Shown here: positions 18,871 through 26,988 of the stretch, piece by piece
Layout of the letters: every line of letters starts with the position of its first letter
Position numbering within the stretch: position 1 is the stretch's first letter
NCBI GenBank assembly: GCA_945860585.1
Contig: CAMARA010000001.1
Coordinates: forward strand, 37,910-101,909
Length of the DNA stretch: 64,000 bases
From: Francisella tularensis subsp. holarctica
GTDB taxonomy: Bacteria > Pseudomonadota > Gammaproteobacteria > Francisellales > CACEW01
Reading direction: 5' to 3'
Translations under genes and position numbers: made by a program
The notes under the pieces: generated by a model
Told to the model about the DNA's origin: nothing
Databases searched by the model: none
What the model saw: only the letters and a program-made list of their open reading frames with translations

Positions 18871-19614
18871 ATGAACCACAAACTAAAGATAAAAAGCATC
18901 CTGGAAAAGCTAAATCTAGGACGCTATGTCATGAAGAATCAACCCAAAGCCGATGCGGCGATCGTCAAAGATATTGACAAGGATAGTCCGTATGTCAAAG
19001 GGCGTATGGCTTGGGATGAGCTTTACGGTAGTACGGCAACGCAACTCGAAAACAGTCATCGCTTACTCGCCTGTCTCTGCGCCGTGATTTTAGGTCTGGG
19101 TTTAATTTGCTGGCACGTTGCCAGTCAGTCAAAAATTCAGCCCTATATCGTGCAGGTGACGAGCAACGGTCAAGTGATTACGGGAATGCAGGCGCAGAGC
19201 TTTAGCAGCAGCGATATTCCTCAAAGTGCAATTGAAGGCGTTCTGTACAAATTCATGCTGTATTCACGCGGGGTCACGGGTGATCCTGATGTAGACCAGG
19301 ATGATATCTATGCCGCACAAGCCTTAACGACAGGCGATGCCTTTACCACGCTGAGCAATTACTACCAGCAAAATAATCCGCTGATCTTGGGTAAAAACCA
19401 AAAGGTCACGATTCAAGTCCAGTATGAAATTCCACGGACGGCCAACACTTATGAAATCGCGTGGCAGGAAACGACCACCACTTTAAGTGATCAGCCTGTT
19501 AGCCAAAAGAATTTTATAGGGGAAATCACCTACAAAATCGGCGATGTCAAAGACATTAAGTACAACCCCTTGGGCATCTACATTACAAACATCACCTGGA
19601 CTCAACAAATTTAA
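18871..19614 (+). CDS. trbF: conjugal transfer protein TrbF (VirB8-like)
   Basis: 'SPYVKGRMAWDELYG' N-terminal motif, a single TM and a periplasmic NTF2-like-length domain. Alternative start at 18931. Confidence 0.85.
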   Translation: MNHKLKIKSILEKLNLGRYVMKNQPKADAAIVKDIDKDSPYVKGRMAWDELYGSTATQLENSHRLLACLCAVILGLGLICWHVASQSKIQPYIVQVTSNGQVITGMQAQSFSSSDIPQSAIEGVLYKFMLYSRGVTGDPDVDQDDIYAAQALTTGDAFTTLSNYYQQNNPLILGKNQKVTIQVQYEIPRTANTYEIAWQETTTTLSDQPVSQKNFIGEITYKIGDVKDIKYNPLGIYITNITWTQQI

Positions 19615-19641
19615 CCCCCGCCACCTATAGGAGATAACACC

Positions 19642-20625
19642 ATGAAGATACAAAACATTCAAAAAACGCTATTAGTTTTGGGCGTCAGCGCTGCATTAGT
19701 GGGTTGTGCGAGCAATCCCGCTCATCAAACCTTTGCGCCTGCAACAGAGGTCATCACTAAAACAGTGGCGGTGCCGATCCAAACGCCTGATGCGATTGAT
19801 GCAAGTTTTAACTATGGCAGCAATCCTGACTTGGTGGCAGCCTACCAAAGCTACCAAAAAACAGGAAAGGCCCCTAATGTTAGCACCAATGGCTTTGAAG
19901 GGTTTGCCTATGATCCCTCACAGCAAATCTATCTTGCTTGCGAACCCTTGCATATTTGCACCGTCTTATTTCAAGAGGGAGAGCTCATCAAGGATCTATC
20001 CCTTGGAGATACTGCCAATTGGGATATCAAAACCATGTTGGTCGGTGGAACTTGGCCTGATGGTGCAGAGCTATTGGTTATCAAACCCAAAACAGCAAAC
20101 CTTGCGACAAATCTTGTTATCACGACCGATAAGCGGATTTATAACATTGCACTTTTGACCTCCAGTACCAACTATGTGCGTCAAGCCGTGTTTTATTATC
20201 CAAGCGACACCGATTCGTCGATTCAAGCCGCAACAGAACAGGCTTTAAAGGAGCAGAACCAACAAAGTCAAAACGTGGTGAGTGCGATCAACAGCAGCAC
20301 GAACATCAGCCTGAATCAGGTCAGCTTTAACTATTCCATTTCAGGGGATAGCCCAAGCTGGAAGCCTGTTCGCGTTTTTGACGATGGTACTCACACCATT
20401 ATTCAATTCCCCAGCACAGTGCAAAGCAGTGTCCTGCCTGTCTTGTTTGTCTTGAATCATGGTGAAAACCAGCTGGTGAATTTCCGCAAAAAAACCGAGA
20501 GCGATGGCACCGTTGATTATGTAGTCGATCAGATCTTCACGAAGGCGGTTCTGGTGTCGGGCGTAGGGATGGATCAAACCAAGGTCGTCATCACCAATAA
20601 AAACCTTGACCACTCTTGGTTCTAA
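19642..20625 (+). CDS. trbG: P-type conjugative transfer protein TrbG (VirB9-like), lipoprotein
   Basis: Lipobox 'LVGCAS' and C-terminal 'WKPVRVFDDGTHTIIQFP'. Confidence 0.88.
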   Translation: MKIQNIQKTLLVLGVSAALVGCASNPAHQTFAPATEVITKTVAVPIQTPDAIDASFNYGSNPDLVAAYQSYQKTGKAPNVSTNGFEGFAYDPSQQIYLACEPLHICTVLFQEGELIKDLSLGDTANWDIKTMLVGGTWPDGAELLVIKPKTANLATNLVITTDKRIYNIALLTSSTNYVRQAVFYYPSDTDSSIQAATEQALKEQNQQSQNVVSAINSSTNISLNQVSFNYSISGDSPSWKPVRVFDDGTHTIIQFPSTVQSSVLPVLFVLNHGENQLVNFRKKTESDGTVDYVVDQIFTKAVLVSGVGMDQTKVVITNKNLDHSWF

Positions 20626-20651
20626 CCACCCATAAAATAGGAGCAGCCATC

Positions 20652-22058
20652 ATGACGAAAGACTACAAAGATATCAGCCTTCAAGACTTAATTCTTGAAG
20701 AACAAAGGCCAGTGCAGGTTGAAGAACCTGCTACTGAGCCCCAAGATGAAAGTATTTTGCCGACACCGCCGACAGGCACACGCATCAACAAGCGCGGCAA
20801 AAACATTATTTTACTGGCGGGCGCAGGGTTGGGGATTTACATCATATGGGCGATATTTCATTTATCGCCCAAGGTGGAGACTGCCAGCCCAAGTGCAGCT
20901 GACTCGATGAATATCAGTTCTACATCATTGGATAAACAACAACAGCAAGGTGATGGCCTAGTGACATCGCTGCGGGTTCAGGCTTATGGATCAGCCAGTA
21001 CACCGCTTCAAGGTACGCCAGAGGGCTCAGCCACTGCAAATTTGCCGATACCTGCTGGAGCAGTTGCGCCACAACAACAGGCTCCAACTCAACAGACCAA
21101 TGTGCCAGGCAATTTGTCCACCGTAACGCAAAATCAAAGCAGCTCAAGTCAAGGCTCAAGTTTTGGCGGCTTTGGCGGTAACACTCAACAACAAACGCCT
21201 TATCAACAGGCCGTTCAAAACGGTATGCAGAGCGGTTTAACACCTGATGGGTTTCAAACGGGTAATAGCGGATCATCACAAAATGCACCCGCTCAGCCTG
21301 CTATGAATCCAGTCAGTCCCGCCGCTGCACCTCAAGCAGCACCTGCAGCGGCCTCTGATAATCAAAACATGCAGGGTGAAAAGAATGCTTTCTTACAGAG
21401 TGCTCAATCTCCAACACAAAGCACGCTGCAAGGCGGTGTCCAAAACCCAGCATCGCCTTATATGGTCATGGCAGGCTCAGTCATTCCTGCGACTTTAATC
21501 ACGGGGATTAACTCAGATCTTCCAGGCCAAATTCAGGCGATCGTGTCTCAAAATGTCTATGACTCCAGCACGGGCAATAGCGTTTTGATTCCCCAAGGCG
21601 CGCGCTTGGTAGGTCAATATGACTCACAAGTCGCTTATGGACAAAGCCGAGTTTTGATTGTCTGGTCACGCATCATCTTTCCTAATGATCAATCACTTGA
21701 TCTTCAGGGGATGCCTGGCGCTGACTTAAGCGGTTTCGCAGGTCTGCATGATCAAGTGGATAACCATTACATCAGGATTTTTGGCTCAGCCTTACTGATG
21801 AGTGTATTCAGTGCAGGAATGCAGCTATCTCAGCCACAAACCAGTAGCGTCAACGGAGCATCGCCAAGCAATCAGCAAATTATTGCAGGTGCGATGGGCC
21901 AAGAGTTGAGTCAAACCGCGACCCAGATGATTCAGCAAAATCTTAATATTCAGCCCACCTTGAATATTCGCCCTGGCGATAATTTCAATGTGCTCGTAAC
22001 CCGCGATATTCCTTTCAGCGGCCCTTATAACAACAACGGAGGACAAGGCAATGAATAA
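20652..22058 (+). CDS. trbI: conjugal transfer protein TrbI (VirB10-like)
   Basis: aggag RBS before ATG 20652; the track ORF starts at 20616. Has an N-terminal TM, a long Q/S/P/A-rich linker and a conserved C-terminal 'VIPATLITGINSDLPGQ...VLIPQGARLVGQY'. Confidence 0.88.
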   Translation: MTKDYKDISLQDLILEEQRPVQVEEPATEPQDESILPTPPTGTRINKRGKNIILLAGAGLGIYIIWAIFHLSPKVETASPSAADSMNISSTSLDKQQQQGDGLVTSLRVQAYGSASTPLQGTPEGSATANLPIPAGAVAPQQQAPTQQTNVPGNLSTVTQNQSSSSQGSSFGGFGGNTQQQTPYQQAVQNGMQSGLTPDGFQTGNSGSSQNAPAQPAMNPVSPAAAPQAAPAAASDNQNMQGEKNAFLQSAQSPTQSTLQGGVQNPASPYMVMAGSVIPATLITGINSDLPGQIQAIVSQNVYDSSTGNSVLIPQGARLVGQYDSQVAYGQSRVLIVWSRIIFPNDQSLDLQGMPGADLSGFAGLHDQVDNHYIRIFGSALLMSVFSAGMQLSQPQTSSVNGASPSNQQIIAGAMGQELSQTATQMIQQNLNIQPTLNIRPGDNFNVLVTRDIPFSGPYNNNGGQGNE

Positions 22059-22464
22059 CTTAAAAACGATCGCAATCAGCACGATTGCAGGTGGCTTATT
22101 TGCCACAGCTGGAGCAGGCCTTGCAAGAGCATACAAAGCAGATTCAGATCTGGATCTGCTGTATGCAGGATTGGTCGGCATGAGTGCAGGGCTAATTTTG
22201 TCAGCCTCAGGCATTCTGATCAGAAAAATTTATCAAGCCTGCGCAAGCGAGGAAATCTCAATCGCCGCATCGAGCTCTGACGCTGAATCCAGTGATGGCG
22301 ATGAACACGCCAGATATTACTTAAAAAACCTTTTGGATTCCTGGAAAAGTCAGGATGCCGATGAGGAATCACTTTTAAGTGATAGCTATCCCACTACGCT
22401 GTTTTATGGCGCAGCACTGGCCGCGCATACCCAGCACACCACCCACTCATTCACCAAGGAGTAA
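22051..22464 (+). CDS. hypothetical membrane-anchored acidic protein
   Basis: Overlaps the trbI stop by 8 nt. Two N-terminal hydrophobic segments and a D/E/S-rich C-terminus. No family recognised. Confidence 0.5.
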   Translation: MNNLKTIAISTIAGGLFATAGAGLARAYKADSDLDLLYAGLVGMSAGLILSASGILIRKIYQACASEEISIAASSSDAESSDGDEHARYYLKNLLDSWKSQDADEESLLSDSYPTTLFYGAALAAHTQHTTHSFTKE

Positions 22465-22470
22465 CCCATT

Positions 22471-24459
22471 ATGAAAAAACCAAACAACCAAAATCAAAGC
22501 AGAAGACGTGGCAACCTGTTTTCTGCCTGGGTAGGTGAAGGGGCGAATAAATCCTATTCGCCTCAGGAGCGTAGCAAAGCATCCGGCGCTTTTTTAGGGC
22601 TGATTGTCTTAGCGATTCTCTTGACCTCTGGCACTCGTCTGTACAATTACGAGCATTATATTCATGCGAACAATGTCTTTTTGCCCGATGGCTTTGGCTA
22701 TCAGCTTAGCATGTTTTTAATGTATGGCGCGTTTAGTCTAGCTGCCGCGGGGTGTGCGTATGTAGTCAGCCAGAGACAGCGTAAAAAAATGATGTTTGGG
22801 GCCACTCTGGCGGCGATGGGAATCTCAGCGCTGACCGTTACGGCTCTCTTCTTCGGTCTCGATTTTATGACCCTGGCCTTTTACACGCACCAGTCTCATT
22901 TAGGCGTTGGCGCATTGTGCAATATGCTCAAAGGTTATTTTGGCGAATATGGCGTTTTGTATGCCATACCAGCCTTTTTAGCGATGATCTCTTTCGGCAT
23001 AAAAGGCTTTTATCTGAATCGCCAGGATCAAACCTCTGGAGAACACGGCACAGCAGCGTATGCCGATAAATATAACCTCAAAGAAATCGGTGCATATGCT
23101 CAAAGCGATGATCAAGGGGTATTGTTTGGTAAAGATGCGAGCGGGAAATTTTTACGCTATCCAATTTGCAACCGCACCATCATATCCTACACAGGCGGGG
23201 GTAAAACCGCAGGTGTCGTGATCCCAACATTGTTGACACAAAAGCGCCCCATGTTTATTTATGACTGCAAAGGCGAATTGTGGGCAGTTACGGCACGCCA
23301 TCGTTGTGAAGTGTTTGGTCATGAAATCGCTATGCTTGATCCGTACAGCATCACCAAAACGCCCGAGTTTATTGCAAATAAACCTGCATATCTCACCACG
23401 AAGGTCTATCGCTTAAACCCACTGGATGCGATTCCAAAGGATATCAAAGAACGCGATGCAGCGATTTCAGCTTTGGTTAAAAGCCTAATGGTCAGAGATG
23501 CCAAAAGTCAGAAAGGCGATCACTTCCTGGGGATTGCTGAAACGCTGTTAATGGGCCTGATTGAATGGGTAATGGCAACACGCGAAAACCCAACGCTGAT
23601 CATGGTGCATGATATTCTCGATGGCAGTAAAGCAAGCATTAAAAGCCTCCTGGCTGAGATGCGTGACTCTACCACTCTATTGCGCGCAAGATCAGCAGGT
23701 GCAAGGGTTTTAAGTGCAGCTAAAGAAGAGCTCGGCAGTATTTTGACCACCACAGGGCAGCAATTGAGTTGGCTATCAGATGTGAATCTGCGCGATCTCG
23801 TCTCTGAAACCACGTTTGACCTCAAAGATCTAATCCGAGGCAAAATGGACGTGTACGTCTGCATGCCAGATAGCGATCCGCAAGAAAAAGGCCGTGTCTT
23901 CCGCATGATCTTATCCTGTGTACGCAATTTATTGGTACAGAGTCCGCGCGCCGAAGTCTCCAAAGAAGCCATTTTGTTCCTGTTCGACGAATTGGGACAA
24001 TTGGGCCCCTGTGAAGACGTCGTGAATATGTTGCCCATCATGCGTGCCTATAACGCCAAATTCTGGGCCGTATTCCAGGATATCAGCCAAATTCAGGCCT
24101 ATGGCGATAAGGGTAATCTGTTCATGAGTGCCAGACTAATGCAGTTCTTTGGGATTGGCGATGATGAAACCATCAGATGGATCTGTAGGCTCGGTGGTCG
24201 CAAAACCTATATCACCAGCAGCAATTCGGAGAGCAAAGGCCAAAGCGGTTCCAAAAGCGGCGGTCAATCTCAAAATGAATCAGTCAGCGTTCAGGAATCC
24301 GGTGCCGATTTGATTAAGTACAACGAAGTGCGCGAAATGCCTGTTCATAAGCAAATCGTCTTTATTCAAGGCGTGCGCCCCATCGATTGCGAAAAAGTGT
24401 ATTACCTTAGCGACCCATTATTTAAAGGCCGCTATGACCGCAATCCATTGGAAGGCTAA
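22471..24459 (+). CDS. traG: type IV coupling protein TraG/VirD4
   Basis: N-terminal TM helices, P-loop 'TGGGKTAGVVIPTLL', Walker B 'LFLFDELGQLG'. Confidence 0.9.
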   Translation: MKKPNNQNQSRRRGNLFSAWVGEGANKSYSPQERSKASGAFLGLIVLAILLTSGTRLYNYEHYIHANNVFLPDGFGYQLSMFLMYGAFSLAAAGCAYVVSQRQRKKMMFGATLAAMGISALTVTALFFGLDFMTLAFYTHQSHLGVGALCNMLKGYFGEYGVLYAIPAFLAMISFGIKGFYLNRQDQTSGEHGTAAYADKYNLKEIGAYAQSDDQGVLFGKDASGKFLRYPICNRTIISYTGGGKTAGVVIPTLLTQKRPMFIYDCKGELWAVTARHRCEVFGHEIAMLDPYSITKTPEFIANKPAYLTTKVYRLNPLDAIPKDIKERDAAISALVKSLMVRDAKSQKGDHFLGIAETLLMGLIEWVMATRENPTLIMVHDILDGSKASIKSLLAEMRDSTTLLRARSAGARVLSAAKEELGSILTTTGQQLSWLSDVNLRDLVSETTFDLKDLIRGKMDVYVCMPDSDPQEKGRVFRMILSCVRNLLVQSPRAEVSKEAILFLFDELGQLGPCEDVVNMLPIMRAYNAKFWAVFQDISQIQAYGDKGNLFMSARLMQFFGIGDDETIRWICRLGGRKTYITSSNSESKGQSGSKSGGQSQNESVSVQESGADLIKYNEVREMPVHKQIVFIQGVRPIDCEKVYYLSDPLFKGRYDRNPLEG

Positions 24460-24482
24460 AACCATACATCGAGGAGTCAAAA

Positions 24483-25118
24483 ATGAGTGCAGTAAAAAAA
24501 ATAAGATTGCGACCCAATAGCAAGATATGGCTCAAGCGTGCTGAATCCTTCCGCATGTTTTTGGAGGAAGGCAGCGAGCGGGCCCATATCATTCCACCGC
24601 AGAATCAGTTTGCCCAAAGCCTCATCGGGCAAACCTGCGCGGAGGCCTATTATCGCAACCTGAGAGAAAAGCGTTATTACCTGTGGCTGAAAAGCGCCGA
24701 CGCCTATTTTGCGATGCAATCCATGGGCTCACAAACCCATGCATTCAACCGCAGTGGCCCAATCAAATTGATGATGTGTCTCGATTACAAAAAGCTATAC
24801 GACGTTTTGTTGTTCGAGTTTCATCAATATCTGACCCGAGCCTGCTTTTGCCGATTAGCGCAGCATTACAAAGTCAAAAAGCTAAACCCCCGCGCCCTGG
24901 AAGTTGAACATCAATCCGCATCTCAACAAATCAGAGCGCTATTGAAGGAAAATCGCGGCATAGCGATGGAGGATGATTTTAAGGCGCTGTTTGTCTATGC
25001 CTACCGCAGCGCCTTGATTGAATTGGCTTTGCACCATAAGGTCAAAGTTGATATTTACGATACGCCCTTATTCACCCTAAGGGCGCTATTGAGAAAGAAG
25101 CCCGAGCGTCATCTTTAG
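24483..25118 (+). CDS. hypothetical protein (211 aa) downstream of traG
   Basis: gaggag RBS. Basic, helical, contains 'AYYRNLREKRYYLW'. No family recognised. Confidence 0.5.
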   Translation: MSAVKKIRLRPNSKIWLKRAESFRMFLEEGSERAHIIPPQNQFAQSLIGQTCAEAYYRNLREKRYYLWLKSADAYFAMQSMGSQTHAFNRSGPIKLMMCLDYKKLYDVLLFEFHQYLTRACFCRLAQHYKVKKLNPRALEVEHQSASQQIRALLKENRGIAMEDDFKALFVYAYRSALIELALHHKVKVDIYDTPLFTLRALLRKKPERHL

Positions 25119-25167
25119 CGTTAGAAAAACCCCGAAAAACCCACCACCAAAAACAGGAGCAATTATC

Positions 25168-25440
25168 ATGACAGCACGCGTATTCGTTGGTTCCCTGCCT
25201 TATGGCGCAACCGAACTCGATCTCAAGGAATATTTTGAACAAGCCGGAAAAGTCGTCTATGTCAAAATCGTCAAAAGCAAAGAAACTGATCTCAGTCGTG
25301 GCTTTGGTTTTGTTGAAATGTCGAATGAGGCTGAAGCAGATGAGGCCTTAAAGCTGACTGGTTCACAATTTGGCAACCGCAAAATCTGGGTCAAATTGGC
25401 TCGTGAAAATGAAGGCTACAAAGCAAAAGGAGGTAAATAA
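25168..25440 (+). CDS. RRM-type (RNP-1/RNP-2) RNA-binding protein
   Basis: RNP-2 'VFVGSL' and RNP-1 'RGFGFVEM' at canonical spacing. 90 aa with a basic tail. Confidence 0.85.
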   Translation: MTARVFVGSLPYGATELDLKEYFEQAGKVVYVKIVKSKETDLSRGFGFVEMSNEAEADEALKLTGSQFGNRKIWVKLARENEGYKAKGGK

Positions 25441-25441
25441 A

Positions 25442-25642
25442 ATGTTGGCGCATAAAATGATTCGGCTTAAGGAAGTCCAAGGGCTAACAGGCCTCAGCGT
25501 GAGCTCCATTGCCCGTCGTGAACAAAAGGGGCTTTTCCCGACACGGCGTGACCTGGGAGGGCGTGCCGTAGGCTGGTTTTATGATGAAGTCATGGCCTGG
25601 CTTGATAATACTGAGTGTAAAAAGCTTGAGGGCAATATCTAA
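25442..25642 (+). CDS. alpA: AlpA-family transcriptional regulator / excisionase
   Basis: 'MIRLKEVQGLTGLSVSSIARREQKGLFPTRRDLGGRAVGWFYDEVMAWL' is an AlpA/MerR-type HTH. ATG 25442 directly follows the RRM gene stop. Confidence 0.85.
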   Translation: MLAHKMIRLKEVQGLTGLSVSSIARREQKGLFPTRRDLGGRAVGWFYDEVMAWLDNTECKKLEGNI

Positions 25643-25648
25643 TGCAAA

Positions 25649-25675
25649 GGGCTCCTGTGATAAGGGGCCTTTTTT
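25649..25675 (+). terminator. rho-independent terminator after alpA
   Basis: Stem gggctcc/ggggcct (one G-U pair), 8-nt loop, followed by a run of six T. Confidence 0.55.
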
Positions 25676-25718
25676 ATGACATGAATTGCTGATGCAAATG
25701 TGGTGAGGATAAGTTAAA

Positions 25719-26954
25719 ATGCCCTTTGCCATTGCAGAGGAGGGTATCGTGAGTGCAAACAAAAGTCTTCTTCAAATTGGAGGCAATAAATTTCTAATTC
25801 AAAATATTGCTCAGAATGAGAAAGATTTTGTCCGCCCGTTTCAATTAGTGGAAATCAATAATAATAAAATGGCCAGTCAAGATTTTTATTTTCAAAAAAT
25901 GTGTTTTGTTGGTAATGGGTTGTTTGACAATGGCTCTGGTTGGAAACCCGTTGAAAGCGCAATCAACAAATTTTTTAACAACAGAATTTCTGATTTAAAT
26001 GGCAGTACAATGGCATCTATTCTAGCAACACATGCTGTTGCAGAAAAATATCATCTAAGGAAGGTTTTATTTAATCAAAAAAGAATGCTAACTCAAATAA
26101 TAAGAGAAGCTAGTAAGCATTGTAGGTTGTATTGCAAGGGCTCTACAAAGCAGAAAGAATTGCTAAACGATCAGCTCAAATCTTTAGAAAAAATTTCAAA
26201 ATTATTGAGGGAGTCTCTCTCAAAGAAAATAGATGGAGATCTTCAAGAGAACATCAATAGTTTTGCTGAAGAAATTAATAAAATTGGATTTATGGTGGGA
26301 AAAGAAAAAAAGCTTTTTAGGCCGGTTTGTTTTGCCCTCTCGGATGCAGTTATTAAGCTTGGGGAGCTATTTGAATTACGGAAAATATTGTGTGAAGAGT
26401 TTCTCACAATGAAAAATATTTTAGTGGTTAATGAAAGTTTAAAAGATCTTTTAATTAAAAAGACTGGTGAAGATAATACGCTGTGTGTAACGAGCAACTG
26501 GGATGATGTCTTAAACGGTTTTTGCCCTAATGTGCTTCATATACATGGCAAAGTAACTGATCCAAAAAGTCTGATTTTACCAATGCAGATGGCCGTTGAT
26601 TGGAATGAAAATGATATGCATGGTAATGAATTAATTCTGCAAACAGATCAGGCTCATAATTTAATGTTGCATATGATTCAAAATGATAGATTAAGAGATG
26701 TGCATATAGTGGGGCTTGCTTTGAATGATTATGATACTGAATTAACACTGTTATTGGCCCATGGCTTTTCATCTTTTTTGCGAAACAACACTAAAATTAC
26801 CATTGTTAATCGCAACCGTGATGAGGAGGATAAGATTAAGGCAAAATTAATCAATTTATTTATAGTGCACTGCGCTGGATTTAATCATTTAGATCAGGGT
26901 GCCGTCAGTGAATATTTTAAAACAAATATTTTGTGTAGCAAGTCTTCCAGATAA
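25719..26954 (+). CDS. AbiH / DUF4917 / SIR2_2-like (DHS-like NAD-binding clan) protein, putative abortive-infection/defence cargo
   Basis: Ordered motifs 'FVGNGLFDNGSGW', 'VTSNWDDVL', 'VLHIHGKV' and 'IVGLALNDYD'. Visibly AT-rich. Stand-alone gene between a terminator and the integrase. Confidence 0.45.
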   Translation: MPFAIAEEGIVSANKSLLQIGGNKFLIQNIAQNEKDFVRPFQLVEINNNKMASQDFYFQKMCFVGNGLFDNGSGWKPVESAINKFFNNRISDLNGSTMASILATHAVAEKYHLRKVLFNQKRMLTQIIREASKHCRLYCKGSTKQKELLNDQLKSLEKISKLLRESLSKKIDGDLQENINSFAEEINKIGFMVGKEKKLFRPVCFALSDAVIKLGELFELRKILCEEFLTMKNILVVNESLKDLLIKKTGEDNTLCVTSNWDDVLNGFCPNVLHIHGKVTDPKSLILPMQMAVDWNENDMHGNELILQTDQAHNLMLHMIQNDRLRDVHIVGLALNDYDTELTLLLAHGFSSFLRNNTKITIVNRNRDEEDKIKAKLINLFIVHCAGFNHLDQGAVSEYFKTNILCSKSSR

Positions 26955-26988
26955 AGCGGGTAATTCACCTGCCTGGTTTAGGGGGTGC

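Noticed and set aside
19706-20158. 150-aa alternative-frame ORF inside trbG
   Set aside because: It is on the same strand and out of frame with a TrbG whose motifs are clear. The composition (R/L/P/S-rich) is typical of off-frame translation.
23520-24041. 173-aa minus-strand ORF inside traG
   Set aside because: It is antisense to the conserved TraG/VirD4 core, with S/R-rich shadow-frame composition and no RBS context.
24483-25118. Calling the 211-aa protein a relaxase because of its YY-x7-YY motif
   Set aside because: It has no His-triad/HUH motif, is only 211 aa and has no other MOB signature. It is kept only as an orphan worth testing.
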